From Bacteroidales bacterium (GTDB taxonomy: Bacteria > Bacteroidota > Bacteroidia > Bacteroidales > P3), in the NCBI GenBank assembly GCA_017501495.1, contig JAFVWV010000149.1, positions 1-59,612 on the forward strand: a stretch of 59,612 nt of DNA. The letters run 5' to 3'. The notes beneath the pieces were generated by a model, which saw only the letters and a program-made list of their open reading frames with translations, did no database searches and was not told the DNA's origin. A program made the position numbers and the translations under genes. Shown piece after piece: positions 47,583 through 59,245 of the stretch; within the stretch, counting starts at the first letter, position 1; each line of letters starts with the position of its first letter.

Positions 47583-49280
47583 ATGAGACGACTGATTGTT
47601 TTTGTCATAGCGCTGCTGCCGCTGGTGGCCACGGCGCAGAATGTGAAGATCCCGAAGGGGGCCAACGAGTTCACCTACCACCAGATTGAATACGGCGAAC
47701 AGAACGACACCACAGAAGTCTATGTGCACCGCGACAACGACGTCGTTACCATCGTCACGCAGAAGCCCAAGGGCAAACTCATCCCCGGCTATTGCCAGAC
47801 GGTCACCGAGGTGGACTATGCACAGGACAGCATAACAGTCAACGCTTACTATGACGACTCCATCTACTTCTACCGCACGGGCTTCTCGCGCAACGATCTG
47901 GAGTGGAAAAAGGAAAACGGAAAGTGGAAAACCTCCGTCAACAGCAACACCTTGGAGTTCGAGATGGACGAGAAGGCGCCGGTCAATGTTAACCCGCTGC
48001 CCTACTACGGGCTGAACAAGGGTGTGCTGCGCACGTTCACACGCAACGGGCAGAAACGTCTGGTGCTGGCCAAGGCCGAGAAGGTCGACTGGGGGATGTG
48101 TGGCCCATTAAAGGTGCTGCTCCCGTCGCGCCGCGTTTCGCCCCGTGAGCTTGACCGCATCATGAAGGAACGCCTCGTCGTCACCACCCGCATCTTCGAC
48201 CACGAGCAGATTTGCTGGGGCAAGGCGAATGCCCATATCGACGGTGGACTGCAGGCTGTGCCCAGCGACACGGTGCTGCACTATGCCGGCGGCACCCTCA
48301 TCCTCAAGAAGGTCAAACTGCCCCGTCTACCGCACCACTACCAACACTTCGTGGAGCTGCACCAGCAGAGCAACGGCGACGCCTACGACCGCACTGGCTC
48401 GCTCTTCATCGTCACGCCAGGCTTCTTCGAGGGCATCAACAACCACCCCGACAGCTTGCCTGTCTTCACCGGCCGCGACGGCCAGCGCTACCAGGGCATG
48501 ATGGCCACGGGCAGCTACCAGCCCCCCATCGAGCTGGTGCGCTTCTTCACCCCCTTCGGCGTGGGCCACTTCAACGAGCGCATGGCCGGCTACGGCATCG
48601 ACTGGCGCGACGAGACTTTCTACCGTCAGGAGATTACCGACCTCTACTACCGCTGCATGGATGACCAGAGTGTATGCATCGGCATATGGATTGGCAACTA
48701 CGACGCCGGCGGCCATCGGGTCACCGTGGATATTAAGTCGTATCCCAACGATTACGTGTGGGAGGAACCGGGAGAAGAGAGTGAATTCCCCGGCGAAGTC
48801 GTCTCTCTCTTCAACACCTGCAATGTCCTCGAAATGGCCGGGCAGAACTACGGCAAGCTCTTCGCCACCGACTCGCTGACGGTAACATTCAGACTTGAAG
48901 ACATCGATCAGTCTGCCGAGTTGCGCTACATCAGCACCGGCCATGGCGGCTGGGGCGAGGGCGACGAGTTCGTGCCCAAGACCAACACCATCCTCATCGA
49001 CGGCAAGCCCGTCTTCACCCACACCCCATGGCGGCAGGACTGTGGCTGCTACCGCGACCTCAACCCGGTGAGCGGCAACTTCTGGAACGGTCTTAGCAGC
49101 TCCGACTTCTCGCGCAGCGGCTGGTGCCCCGGCACGGCCACGCAGCCCGTCTACTTCGACCTCTCGCCCTGGGCCGACGGCAAGGAGCACACCCTCACCG
49201 TGGCCATCCCGCAGGGCAAACCCGTCGAGGGCATGTTCAGCCACTGGGCCGTCAGCGGAGTGCTCATCGTGGAATATTGA
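47583..49280 (+). CDS. Secreted protein, PNGase F-like (peptide-N-glycosidase-related)
   Basis: Signal peptide MRRLIVFVIALLPLVATAQ. The C-terminal FSRSGWCPG resembles the N-glycanase C-terminal domain as I remember it. Confidence 0.5.
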   Translation: MRRLIVFVIALLPLVATAQNVKIPKGANEFTYHQIEYGEQNDTTEVYVHRDNDVVTIVTQKPKGKLIPGYCQTVTEVDYAQDSITVNAYYDDSIYFYRTGFSRNDLEWKKENGKWKTSVNSNTLEFEMDEKAPVNVNPLPYYGLNKGVLRTFTRNGQKRLVLAKAEKVDWGMCGPLKVLLPSRRVSPRELDRIMKERLVVTTRIFDHEQICWGKANAHIDGGLQAVPSDTVLHYAGGTLILKKVKLPRLPHHYQHFVELHQQSNGDAYDRTGSLFIVTPGFFEGINNHPDSLPVFTGRDGQRYQGMMATGSYQPPIELVRFFTPFGVGHFNERMAGYGIDWRDETFYRQEITDLYYRCMDDQSVCIGIWIGNYDAGGHRVTVDIKSYPNDYVWEEPGEESEFPGEVVSLFNTCNVLEMAGQNYGKLFATDSLTVTFRLEDIDQSAELRYISTGHGGWGEGDEFVPKTNTILIDGKPVFTHTPWRQDCGCYRDLNPVSGNFWNGLSSSDFSRSGWCPGTATQPVYFDLSPWADGKEHTLTVAIPQGKPVEGMFSHWAVSGVLIVEY

Positions 49281-49373
49281 ACATTTTTAAAATATTTTTT
49301 TGCAAGATAAGAAAATAGTCGTATTTTTGCAGCCAGAAAGAGAATAAAGTATTAACCCCCTAAATCGTAAAAA

Positions 49374-49532
49374 ATGGAAAAATATGTATGTGACGTTTGC
49401 GGCTACGTCTATGATCCAGCAGTCGGCGACCCCGACAACGGCATCGCTCCGGGCACCAAATTCGAAGACCTGCCAGCCGATTGGGTATGCCCACTCTGTT
49501 CGGTAGACAAAACACATTTCGAAAAACAATAA
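49374..49532 (+). CDS. Rubredoxin (52 aa, below the ORF-track size cut-off)
   Basis: [15 protein letters not shown]...[17 protein letters not shown] has two CxxC pairs with rubredoxin spacing. -7 box tatttttg at about 49322. Confidence 0.9.
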   Translation: MEKYVCDVCGYVYDPAVGDPDNGIAPGTKFEDLPADWVCPLCSVDKTHFEKQ

Positions 49533-49553
49533 CATTTCAAAACAACCAATACC

Positions 49554-50069
49554 ATGCTTAACAAAAAAGTTTCAGACCTGCTGAACGAGCAGATCAACAA
49601 GGAGCTCTACAGTGCCTACCTCTATCTGGACATGAACAACTACTTCGACAAGCGCGGCCTCAACGGCTTCGCCAACTGGTACATGATTCAGGCTCAGGAA
49701 GAGCGCGACCACGCCATGCTCATCTACAAGTATATGCAGAACAACGACTGCCCCATCAAGCTGAACGCCATTGCCATGCCCGACAAAGTCTTCAAAAAAG
49801 ACATGGACGTGCTGAAGGCCGGCCTTGAGCACGAGGAGTACGTCACCGCCTCGATCCACGCCATCTACGACGCAGCCTACAAAGTGAAGGACTTCCGCAC
49901 CATGCAGTTCCTCGATTGGTTTGTCAAAGAGCAAGGCGAAGAAGAGACCAACGCACGCGACATGATTACCAAGATGGAACTCTTCGGCACCGATGCCAAG
50001 AGCCTTTATATGCTCAACCAAGAGCTTGCCGCCCGCACCTACAACGCGCCAAGCCTGGTGCTCGACTAA
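49554..50069 (+). CDS. Non-heme ferritin
   Basis: 171 aa with LNEQINKELYSAYLY, QAQEERDHA and the ferritin-like di-iron ligand pattern. Confidence 0.9.
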   Translation: MLNKKVSDLLNEQINKELYSAYLYLDMNNYFDKRGLNGFANWYMIQAQEERDHAMLIYKYMQNNDCPIKLNAIAMPDKVFKKDMDVLKAGLEHEEYVTASIHAIYDAAYKVKDFRTMQFLDWFVKEQGEEETNARDMITKMELFGTDAKSLYMLNQELAARTYNAPSLVLD

Positions 50070-50092
50070 CCCCTGAGCGTCAGCTACAAAAC

Positions 50093-50129
50093 AAACGGCC
50101 GCGCAGCATATGCTGCGCGGCCGTTTTTT
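50093..50129. terminator. Bidirectional terminator between ferritin (+) and the DUF2147-like gene (-)
   Basis: A perfect palindrome aaacggccgcgcagca / tgctgcgcggccgttt followed by a T-run. Confidence 0.85.
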
Positions 50130-50143
50130 ATCGACGAAAGCGA

Positions 50144-50602
50144 TTATTTTTCCCGCGTCCAGTAGACAGATTCGCTTATCCCCATCAGGGACCCCTTTAT
50201 TTTCAGACGTCCGTCGGCCATAAACTCGGCTGTCATTTTGGCCCTGATCCCCCTTTGTGGGTCGTATATCTTCGTGCCGTCCCAACGATGCTCTTTGGCA
50301 TTGTAGCGTAATCCGCTGAAAAGCACGATGCGGTCGGCCGGAATATTGCGCAAGCTCTTGTCTGGATTCTTCTTGTCGAGTATCTTGTTGCCTTTGTCGT
50401 CACGGTCGTGCTCGAGCCAAATGATCTGGGCACGGTAGGTACCGTCGTCAAACTTGGTTATCTTGGCACGGAAGCGGTCGCTGCCCTGCATACCACTGTA
50501 AGTGCCAACAATGGCGTCAGCTCGGTTGTTCAAGGTGTTCTGCGCCACTGCACCACCGACAATACCAAGCGCAAAGGCCATGAATATCAGTATCTTTTTC
50601 AT
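50144..50602 (-). CDS. DUF2147-like secreted protein
   Basis: Signal peptide MKKILIFMAFALGIVGGAVAQ, with GTW, KIYDP, G...A motifs and a size typical of DUF2147. Confidence 0.65.
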   Translation of the reverse strand: MKKILIFMAFALGIVGGAVAQNTLNNRADAIVGTYSGMQGSDRFRAKITKFDDGTYRAQIIWLEHDRDDKGNKILDKKNPDKSLRNIPADRIVLFSGLRYNAKEHRWDGTKIYDPQRGIRAKMTAEFMADGRLKIKGSLMGISESVYWTREK

Positions 50603-50726
50603 TTCTGTAATTATTACTTACCATGCAAAGATACGAATAAAACGCAAACCGAATATTTTTTTTTCATCATCTCGGAAAAAGGCAAAAAAACACGCCTTGC
50701 AAACACCTGATAGTCAGGGACCGATA

Positions 50727-50786
50727 GTGACCATCTCCTACTCCGCTCCTACTCTTCCCTATACCCGCGCTATACCAACTCTTACT
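50727..50786. repeat. Solo (one-arm) relative of the 6709-6830 palindrome
   Basis: gtgaccatctcctactc...cgctataccaactcttactc shares gaccatctcctactc and cgctataccaact with the left arm and loop of the 6.7 kb element. Confidence 0.6.
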
Positions 50787-51054
50787 CAAGTAATACCAAA
50801 GCAGTGGCAGAAAGGTTGTTGATCATTTGCATGTCGCTCCCGCACACTGTTTGAAACTGATGTCATTCTGCAAATAAATATTTGTAAATATCAAAATAAT
50901 GCGTATATTTGCAGTGACATCCAAAGATAGACAACACGATGCAAGTATTTGACCGACAACAAAATCGCATTGCCACAAATCTCCGATTGGCGATGGTTTA
51001 TGTTGCAGGATGCATTGCTTGACAGAAGGTAAAAAACAACAAGAGAAAAATAAT

Positions 51055-51777
51055 ATGGCGAAAAAGGATTCTTCGGAGATGCAGGTCGGTGACGCAACCC
51101 GCCCTCAATATGCCCAGACAGCAGCACAGATGTCGCGTGGCGGCATGCACATCCAATGCACACGAGCCCAATTTGAGTCGCGACAACGCATACGCCACAT
51201 CTCGACGCTTTGGCAGAAAATCAAAGCAGCCGGAGAGCCGATGTTTGCCGGCGAGAAGTCGCCCTACAACAATTTCGCCGCCATAGCCAACATCCTGCCG
51301 ACAATCTATCTGCCCAATACCGAGGGGCGACCGAACGCGGCAGTTCTCATCCCCGGTATGACAGTAAGCAATGGTCCATTGACGCCGCTGTGCGAATGGC
51401 TCGGCACTGTAGACAATCGTCCGGCGTTAATGACCAATCTGAGGAAAGCCAACATACAAAGAGGCGACCGATTGCGCCTATACTCATTCTGTCAGAGCAT
51501 GGAGTTCGGCTATCCTACACTGAACGTCGGCGTACGCGACGTAGCCCATAGTGAACTACGCGCAACGGAAAGCGGCATGGCACTGGTCGACCAACAATTT
51601 GCCGACAACAACTGCGGATGGGCTTTGGTCCACGTTCGACAAGGAGTCTGCTCGACGCAGGCCGTCATCACCCGGTGCACCATCTATCGAAGCTTCATCA
51701 CAGAAGAAGCCCTGCAGGCCGCCGCCTCAAGTTTTGGCGGACTGAAAGACAGCAAACGTAACCACAACGCAAAATAA
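51055..51777 (+). CDS. Hypothetical protein, paralog family member
   Basis: Closely parallels 41546..42265 across most of its length. -7 box tatatttg at about 50905 gives a leader of about 140 nt. Confidence 0.65.
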   Translation: MAKKDSSEMQVGDATRPQYAQTAAQMSRGGMHIQCTRAQFESRQRIRHISTLWQKIKAAGEPMFAGEKSPYNNFAAIANILPTIYLPNTEGRPNAAVLIPGMTVSNGPLTPLCEWLGTVDNRPALMTNLRKANIQRGDRLRLYSFCQSMEFGYPTLNVGVRDVAHSELRATESGMALVDQQFADNNCGWALVHVRQGVCSTQAVITRCTIYRSFITEEALQAAASSFGGLKDSKRNHNAK

Positions 51778-51811
51778 AACAAAGTATTAACCCCTAAACA
51801 AAGAAAACAAT

Positions 51812-52354
51812 ATGAGCAAAAAATTCATCTGCCCCGTGTGCGGATATGTCTATGAAGGCGACGTGATGCCCGAAAAGTGCCCCATTTGCGGCAAACCGAT
51901 GCAGGAAATGAAAGAAGACATCAAGACCTGGGCCGCCGAACATATCGTCGGCGTGGCCAAAGACGCTCCGGAAGACATCAAGGCCGACCTGCGTTCCAAC
52001 TTCGAAGGCGAGTGCAAAGAAGTGGGTATGTACCTGGCCATGGCCCGCGTGGCTCACCGCGAGGGCTACCCCGAGATAGGTCTCTACTGGGAGAAGGCCG
52101 CCTTTGAGGAGGCCGAGCACGCCGCCAAGTTTGCCGAGCTGCTGGGCGAAGTGCTGACCGACAGCACCAAGGAGAACCTGCGCGTCCGCGTCGAAGCCGA
52201 ATACGGCGCCACCGCCGGCAAGACCGACCTCGCCAAGCGCGCCAAAGCCCTCAACCTCGACGCCATCCACGACACCGTCCACGAGATGGCCCGCGACGAG
52301 GCCCGTCACGGCAAAGCCCTCGAAGGCCTGCTGAACCGCTATTTCAACAAATAA
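51812..52354 (+). CDS. Rubrerythrin-family protein with an N-terminal rubredoxin-like Cys4 site (reverse rubrerythrin arrangement)
   Basis: N-terminus [10 protein letters not shown]...CPICG, followed by a ferritin-like di-iron domain (EGECKEV, EEAEHA, EARHG). Confidence 0.85.
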   Translation: MSKKFICPVCGYVYEGDVMPEKCPICGKPMQEMKEDIKTWAAEHIVGVAKDAPEDIKADLRSNFEGECKEVGMYLAMARVAHREGYPEIGLYWEKAAFEEAEHAAKFAELLGEVLTDSTKENLRVRVEAEYGATAGKTDLAKRAKALNLDAIHDTVHEMARDEARHGKALEGLLNRYFNK

Positions 52355-52360
52355 CAAAAA

Positions 52361-53479
52361 ATGTCCCCCCGCAAGGCCATATCCTATGTACTCTTCCCCC
52401 TCACCTGCTGGTATGCTGTGGGGGTGGCTTTCAGGAATATGCTCTTTGCGTTAGGCTTGAAAAAACAAGAGGCTCCCCACATCACAACTATTGGTGTGGG
52501 GAACCTTTCTACCGGCGGCACCGGCAAGACACCGATGGTCGAACATCTGCTGAGCCTGCTGGCCGACCAACACACTACAGCCATGCTCAGCCGTGGCTAC
52601 AAACGGCGCAGCAAAGGCTATGTTGAGGACGACGGCACCCACAATGCCGCACAACTGGGCGATGAGCCAGCCATGATTGCCTCCAAGTTTCCACAGGTAC
52701 GGGTAGCCGTGTGCGAAAAGCGCATCGAAGGAGTACGTCGACTGATGGAGAATCCGGCCATGACCGGAATACCTGACGAGTCAGACCAACCTGACAATGG
52801 CACCCCGCAGCTGATTATCCTCGACGATGTGTTCCAGCATCGCAGCATCAAACCCAGCATCAACATCCTGCTCACCGACTACAGTCATCCCTTCTACAAA
52901 GACCACATCCTGCCATACGGAGACCTGCGCGAATTCAAAAGCGCCCGCTATCGGGCAGGCATTGTCGTCGTCACCAAGTGCCCGGCACAGTTAAACCCCA
53001 TCGAACGCCACAACATACAACAAAGTTTGCGGCTGCTCAACTATCAGAAGGTCTTCTTCTCGTACCTCAAGTACGGCGAATTGCAACATCTCGAGGGCGG
53101 CAGGGCAGACATCGACCTGCGCCGTATGGATTGTGTGCTGGCAGTCACCGGCATTGCACACCCCGAACCGATGGTAGCCGAGTTGAGACGCCGATGCAAG
53201 GTGCAACACTCGAGCTTCGCCGACCATCACGACTACTCCAAACGCGACATCGCTCATATACGTGAAACACTGAATGCCCTACCTGGCGAACGGAAGGCTA
53301 TAGTCACCACAGAGAAAGACGCCATGCGCCTGCGCGGCAAATGCGACGGGCTGCCTGTCTATGTGCTGCCCGTTGAGATGGCTTTCCACGATGGCCACAA
53401 CATAAACTTCGACCAAGTCATTGAGTCGACTGTGAGGGAAAACATCTCGTTCCTCTCAAAACTGAGCATCTGGAGTTAA
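52361..53479 (+). CDS. lpxK: Tetraacyldisaccharide 4'-kinase
   Basis: P-loop VGNLSTGGTGKTP and LSRGYKRRSKG. Confidence 0.9.
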   Translation: MSPRKAISYVLFPLTCWYAVGVAFRNMLFALGLKKQEAPHITTIGVGNLSTGGTGKTPMVEHLLSLLADQHTTAMLSRGYKRRSKGYVEDDGTHNAAQLGDEPAMIASKFPQVRVAVCEKRIEGVRRLMENPAMTGIPDESDQPDNGTPQLIILDDVFQHRSIKPSINILLTDYSHPFYKDHILPYGDLREFKSARYRAGIVVVTKCPAQLNPIERHNIQQSLRLLNYQKVFFSYLKYGELQHLEGGRADIDLRRMDCVLAVTGIAHPEPMVAELRRRCKVQHSSFADHHDYSKRDIAHIRETLNALPGERKAIVTTEKDAMRLRGKCDGLPVYVLPVEMAFHDGHNINFDQVIESTVRENISFLSKLSIWS

Positions 53480-53486
53480 TCCACGC

Positions 53487-54464
53487 CTATTTCTTTATAT
53501 AACTCAAGAAGTCGAGGTCGATACTAAGGCTCACGAAAGGCTTCAAAAGCCAAGCCTTGGCAGTGACATCGTCGATGCTTTCGCCGTGGCTCAGTTTCTC
53601 GCCCGTCTCACGACCTTCGGCCAGTACCTGGTATTCGGCCACGTTGAATCCGGCCGTGAGGTAGAAGAAATCGACAAACCTGAAGCTCAGGCCTGCATAG
53701 AAGTTCTTGAAGAGGTTGCTTCCGCCGAAGCCCACGTATAGCCCGAGGTCGTAGGCAAAATCCTGATCGAATTTCGGTATCTCGCCGGTTCTCAGTTCGT
53801 GGCTTTTGTTGAAATACTTGGTCATGTCCCACAGCATCACCGAAGCACCGGTGACATAGTCGAACTCGATGCTGCCTGCGTTGCGGTTGGCTATATGGCG
53901 GTCGCCGTTGGCATCGAGCCGTATCTCCCATGCGGGGGTGCGGTAGAATCGCATGGCCACACCCTGTATGGGGCGCACTTTCTTCTTGCGGTTGGTGGCA
54001 ACGGCCACTTTCTCCTCGGCAGCTTTGGCTCGCTCTTCGAGGTATTTGTTTTTCTCTTCGCGGCGCACAGCCTCAATCTCGGCCACACGAACCACCGAAC
54101 GCAGCGAGTCGACTATGCGGATATAGTAGTTGCGTTCGGCCTCAAGCTTTTCTTTGTCCACACCATTGGCGGTGAGGATCTCGCGGTAGAAGACCTCTTT
54201 CTCCTGCAGCGCTTTGAGGGCTGCTGTATCTGCCACACGCACAGTGACGGTGTCGGTACGCAGTATGTATACCGAGTCGGTGCGGTAGACGGTCAGGGTG
54301 TCGGTCTTGGTAACGAATACAGTGTCGTGTTTCGGCAGCCATGTACCCACGCCTGCATCGACGATGCTGTCGGCGGTGCGAAGCTGCACCTGCAGTGTGT
54401 CCTGGGCTTTGGCGCCAAGGATACTGCAAACGAAAAGCAATGCTATGGCCAGCAGACGTTTCAT
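53487..54464 (-). CDS. Hypothetical secreted / outer-membrane protein
   Basis: Signal peptide [21 protein letters not shown], a coiled-coil middle and a beta-rich C-terminus. Its start overlaps the hisS stop. Confidence 0.6.
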   Translation of the reverse strand: MKRLLAIALLFVCSILGAKAQDTLQVQLRTADSIVDAGVGTWLPKHDTVFVTKTDTLTVYRTDSVYILRTDTVTVRVADTAALKALQEKEVFYREILTANGVDKEKLEAERNYYIRIVDSLRSVVRVAEIEAVRREEKNKYLEERAKAAEEKVAVATNRKKKVRPIQGVAMRFYRTPAWEIRLDANGDRHIANRNAGSIEFDYVTGASVMLWDMTKYFNKSHELRTGEIPKFDQDFAYDLGLYVGFGGSNLFKNFYAGLSFRFVDFFYLTAGFNVAEYQVLAEGRETGEKLSHGESIDDVTAKAWLLKPFVSLSIDLDFLSYIKK

Positions 54465-55813
54465 CCGAGGCGTTCTATCAGTTGGTCCACAGTAAGTGTC
54501 TCCTGTGTGCCGTCTTGCATGTTCTTCAGGGTGACTGTGCCGTCCCTCATCTCGCTCTCGCCCACAAAGGCCACATAAGGTACAGCCTTGCGGTTGGCGA
54601 AGTCCATCTGCTTCTTCATCTTGGCACTGTCGGGGTAGATGAGGGTGGAGATGCCTGCATCGCGCAGTCGTGCGGCGATGCCTATGCAGGCGGCCTGTTC
54701 GGCTGGGCCGAAGTTGATGAACATCACCCTTGCGGCCTGCTCCAGCCCTTCAGGGAAGGCCCCGAGCTCGGTGAGCACGTCGTAGATGCGGTCGGCACCG
54801 AACGAGATGCCCACGCCGCTGACATCGGGCATGCCGAAGATGCCGGTGAGGTTGTCGTAGCGGCCACCGCCGCAGATGCTGCCGATTTGCACATCCTTGG
54901 CTTTGACCTCGAAAATGGCGCCTGTGTAGTAATTCAAGCCACGAGCCAGGGTGAGGTCGAGTTCCACATCGCACTTCATTCCGGCTGCGTCGATATAGCC
55001 AAAGAGGGTTCTCAGCTCTTCGACACCCTTCTGGCCCACCTCCACGTTGGCGAACATCTGGCCGAGGGCGGCAAGCTTGTCGGCGGCACTGCCGCTGAGC
55101 GAGAATACGGGGTCGAGGGCGGCAATCTGCTCCTCGCCGAGGCCGCGTTCGCGCAGTTCGGCGCGCACGTTGTCGAGGCCTATCTTGTCAAGCTTGTCTA
55201 TGGCCACGGTGATATCCACCAAGCGCTCCGGCGCTCCAATCATCTCGGCTATGCCGGCCAGCACCTTGCGGTTGTTGATCTTCACGCAGACTTTGATGCC
55301 AAGCTTGGAGAAGACCATGTCTATCATCTGCACCAACTCAAGCTCGTTGAGGAGCGAGGTGGAGCCAATCATGTCGGCGTCGCACTGGTAGAACTCGCGG
55401 TAGCGACCCTTCTGCGGCCGGTCGGCGCGCCAGACGGGCTGCAGCTGGTAGCGGCGGAATGGAAAGACCACTTGGTCGCGGTGCTGCACCACGAAGCGGG
55501 CGAAAGGCACCGTCAGGTCGTAGCGCAGGCCGCGCTCGCAGATGAGCGGAGCCACCTTGTGGTAGTCCTGCGTGAAGTCGACGCCATCCATGAAGTCGCC
55601 GCTGTTGAGCACCTTGAAGAGCAGCTTGTCGCCCTCTTCGCCATACTTACCCATCAGGGTGGAGAGGTTCTCGAGCGACGGTGTCTCGATAGGCTCGAAT
55701 GCAAAAGCACGGAACACGGAGCGGATGGTGTCGAAAATATAGTTGCGGCGCGCCATCTCTGCGGGCATGAAATCGCGCGTACCCTTTGGTATTGAACACT
55801 TAACGGTTGCCAT
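54461..55813 (-). CDS. hisS: Histidine--tRNA ligase
   Basis: GTRDFMP, class II motif 2 [18 protein letters not shown] and GGGRYDNL. -7 box tatctttg on the minus strand just upstream favours ATG 55813. Confidence 0.95.
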   Translation of the reverse strand: MATVKCSIPKGTRDFMPAEMARRNYIFDTIRSVFRAFAFEPIETPSLENLSTLMGKYGEEGDKLLFKVLNSGDFMDGVDFTQDYHKVAPLICERGLRYDLTVPFARFVVQHRDQVVFPFRRYQLQPVWRADRPQKGRYREFYQCDADMIGSTSLLNELELVQMIDMVFSKLGIKVCVKINNRKVLAGIAEMIGAPERLVDITVAIDKLDKIGLDNVRAELRERGLGEEQIAALDPVFSLSGSAADKLAALGQMFANVEVGQKGVEELRTLFGYIDAAGMKCDVELDLTLARGLNYYTGAIFEVKAKDVQIGSICGGGRYDNLTGIFGMPDVSGVGISFGADRIYDVLTELGAFPEGLEQAARVMFINFGPAEQAACIGIAARLRDAGISTLIYPDSAKMKKQMDFANRKAVPYVAFVGESEMRDGTVTLKNMQDGTQETLTVDQLIERLG

Positions 55814-55906
55814 AGTCAATCACTTTATTCTGCAAAGATACAATAAATCCCCGACATGGCCAAATAAAAAAAGCCCCGCTGCATTGCGAGGCTCGATGTG
55901 TTTCTG

Positions 55907-56470
55907 TCATTGAAAGCGACTTGGAAATTTTTCCAGCATGGAGTAGTCCTTCTCCATAAGCGACAGCAGGGAGTCTGTTATCACAAACTGGATATCATTT
56001 ATTGCATCGTCCACATATGCCCATGTGCACGTCATCCATTCGGAATGGTATGGAGCTCCTTTTAGCAAATATGACGTTGTATCATCCCAATTATATACAT
56101 ACAGATTCCCATAAGGTAGATAATGACGGCGTTGACGTGCAGCCGGGACATCCGTTCTCCAAGTTTGGAGCATAACAATGCTATCGAACGTTCCCTGGTC
56201 GATTTCCACCATGATTGCCGTGTAGTCTTTAACTGAGTCATCCACATGAAAAACTTCACATTTGTCCTTATATTTTTCATTTATGACAATATAGTCACAT
56301 CCCGGTCCAGGAAGCGGATACCAATTTTGAATCTCTACTGTCACTATACAGGAAGTTTCATTTCTCACAGAGAAAATATCTTTCGTTGCCCAAGTATTGC
56401 CCACCGGTTCACATCCATAGAGAATAAGCATAAGAGGCAAAAGTGTAAAAAAATTTTTTTTCATATACAT
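55907..56470 (-). CDS. Hypothetical lipoprotein in an AT-rich segment
   Basis: Signal peptide plus lipobox LMLILYGCEP. Composition is lower in GC than the flanks. Confidence 0.55.
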   Translation of the reverse strand: MYMKKNFFTLLPLMLILYGCEPVGNTWATKDIFSVRNETSCIVTVEIQNWYPLPGPGCDYIVINEKYKDKCEVFHVDDSVKDYTAIMVEIDQGTFDSIVMLQTWRTDVPAARQRRHYLPYGNLYVYNWDDTTSYLLKGAPYHSEWMTCTWAYVDDAINDIQFVITDSLLSLMEKDYSMLEKFPSRFQ

Positions 56471-56635
56471 TAAATATTAAAAAGGACATACCGGGGACAT
56501 TATTTGACGGACTCTCATCCTCTGCGCAAAATTCACTTGATGGACCATAGCCATGGTTAAATCACAATGAGAACAAACATTTGAATTCGCAAGATAGAAT
56601 GAATAGGCTTTTGTCATATTTCATGGCGTTTAATG

Positions 56636-56682
56636 GTTTTGAAAATCCCCTCGCCGCACAGTAGCCGTGCGGTGAGGGGATT
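56636..56682 (-). terminator. Terminator of the 2-oxoacid oxidoreductase operon
   Basis: Minus-strand stem aatcccctcaccgcac / gtgcggcgaggggatt followed by tttt, 17 nt after the stop. Confidence 0.7.
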
Positions 56683-56698
56683 GGAGTGTTGCTCTTTT

Positions 56699-57250
56699 TT
56701 AGAGAGTCTGGACTGCTTCGATGAGGCCCTTTCCGATTTCGATAGCTTCCTCGTTCTGGGGAATGAGGTTCCAGTGGCGCTGGGGCAGCGAGTGCTCGAG
56801 GCCTTCGTGGATGTACTGCTTGTCGACGATGGGTTTGAGCTTCAGGAAGCCGCCGAGGACCACCATGTTGAAGACCTTGCTGATGCCGAGCTCCTGGGCT
56901 TTGGCGGTAGCGGCGATCTTGTAGATGTTGATGTCCTTGCGGGTGGGCTCGTGGGTGATACCGTTGGGGTCGTAGATGAGCAGACCGCCGGGCTTCACGC
57001 TGGCCTCAAACTTGTCCAGCGACTGCTGGTTGAGGATGATTGCCGTGTCGAACTGGTTGATGATGGGCGAGCTGATGCGCTCGTCGCTGATGATGACGGA
57101 GACGTTGGCCGTGCCGCCGCGCATCTCGGGGCCGTAGCTGGGCATCCAGCTGACCTCTTTGTCCTGCATGACGCCGGAGTAGGCAAGGATCTTGCCCATG
57201 GAGAGGACACCCTGTCCACCGAAACCGGCTATGATGATTTCTTCAGTCAT
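56699..57250 (-). CDS. 2-oxoacid:ferredoxin oxidoreductase, gamma subunit
   Basis: IIIAGFGGQGVLSMGKILA is typical of the POR/KOR/VOR gamma subunit. It is the last gene of the four-gene operon. Confidence 0.9.
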   Translation of the reverse strand: MTEEIIIAGFGGQGVLSMGKILAYSGVMQDKEVSWMPSYGPEMRGGTANVSVIISDERISSPIINQFDTAIILNQQSLDKFEASVKPGGLLIYDPNGITHEPTRKDINIYKIAATAKAQELGISKVFNMVVLGGFLKLKPIVDKQYIHEGLEHSLPQRHWNLIPQNEEAIEIGKGLIEAVQTL

Positions 57251-57274
57251 TGTTTCTTTGATTTTAATTGTTGA

Positions 57275-58123
<849 letters not shown>

Positions 58124-58138
58124 TGCTGTATTCCTTTC

Positions 58139-59221
58139 TTATTTGATAATCTTGTTTTCAAGAGCCTCCAGGACCTCGCCGGGAGTGGGGATGATACCGC
58201 CGAAGCGGCCGAAGTGCTCGGTCTTGACACCGCACTCGGTGGCCAGGCGCACGTCCTCGATCATCTGGCCGGCGCTCATCTCGACGCAAAGGATACCTTT
58301 GACGCGTTTGGCAACCTCGGCCAGCTGTTTGGTCGGGAAGGGGAAGAGGGTGATGAGGCGGAACAGGCCGACCTTGATGCCTTTCTCGCGGGCCATCTGC
58401 ATGGCCTTCATGGCGATGCGGCTGCTCGAACCGTAGGCCACGATGATGTAGTCGGCGTCTTCGCAGTTGAGGGCTTCGTAGCGCACCTCTTTTTCCTTCA
58501 TCTCGGCGTATTTCTTCTGGAGCTTCAGGTTGAAGACTTCCTGGCGGGCCGAGTCGAGCTCAAGGCTGGTGATGATGTTGTGCGGACGGTTGGCGGGTTT
58601 GCCCCAAGTGCCCCACGGGGCGTTCTTGCGGCGCTCCTCTTCGGTCCAGCGGGCCACGTTGTCGCGGGTGTAGAGTTTCTCCATGCACTGGCCGATGGCA
58701 CCGTCGCTGAGGATCAGCACAGGGTTGCGGTATTTGAAGGCGATGTCCCATGCGTCGAACACGAAGTCGTACATCTCCTGCACCGAAGCGGGGGCGAGGG
58801 TGTAGAGCTGGTAGTCGCCGTGGCCGCCGCCCTTGACGCTCTGGAAGTAGTCGCTCTGCGAGGGCTGGATGGTGCCCAGACCGGGACCGCCGCGCATGAC
58901 GTTGACAACCAAGCAGGGGATTTCGGCACCTGCCAGGTAGGTCAGGCCTTCCTGCATCAGCGAGATTCCGGGGCTGGAGCTCGAGGTGGCCACTTTCTTG
59001 CCGGTGGCGGCGCCGCCGTAGACCATGTTGATCGAGGCGACCTCGCTCTCGGCCTGCAGCACGGTCATACCGGTGGTCTCCCACGGTTTCTCGGCCATCA
59101 GGGTTTCCATAACTTCAGACTGCGGGGTGATGGGATAGCCGAAGTAGCCGTCCGTACCGCTGGCAATCATTGCGCGGGCAATGGCTTCGTTGCCCTTCAT
59201 CAGTTTCAGTTCTCTTGCCAT
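58139..59221 (-). CDS. 2-oxoacid:ferredoxin oxidoreductase, alpha subunit (VorB/KorA-like)
   Basis: MKGNEAIARAMIASGTDGYFGYPITPQSE and the EMSAGQMIEDV region. Confidence 0.9.
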   Translation of the reverse strand: MARELKLMKGNEAIARAMIASGTDGYFGYPITPQSEVMETLMAEKPWETTGMTVLQAESEVASINMVYGGAATGKKVATSSSSPGISLMQEGLTYLAGAEIPCLVVNVMRGGPGLGTIQPSQSDYFQSVKGGGHGDYQLYTLAPASVQEMYDFVFDAWDIAFKYRNPVLILSDGAIGQCMEKLYTRDNVARWTEEERRKNAPWGTWGKPANRPHNIITSLELDSARQEVFNLKLQKKYAEMKEKEVRYEALNCEDADYIIVAYGSSSRIAMKAMQMAREKGIKVGLFRLITLFPFPTKQLAEVAKRVKGILCVEMSAGQMIEDVRLATECGVKTEHFGRFGGIIPTPGEVLEALENKIIK

Positions 59222-59245
59222 AGTATTCCTTTCTTTTCTTTTCGT

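Noticed and set aside
49287-49535. 82-aa minus-strand ORF.
   Set aside because: The plus strand at 49374-49532 encodes a textbook rubredoxin with two CxxC pairs, so the minus ORF is its shadow.
56633-57274. 213-aa plus-strand ORF overlapping the gamma-subunit gene.
   Set aside because: It is antisense to a clearly identified oxidoreductase gamma subunit and has a low-complexity Asp/Val/Gly/Leu-rich translation.
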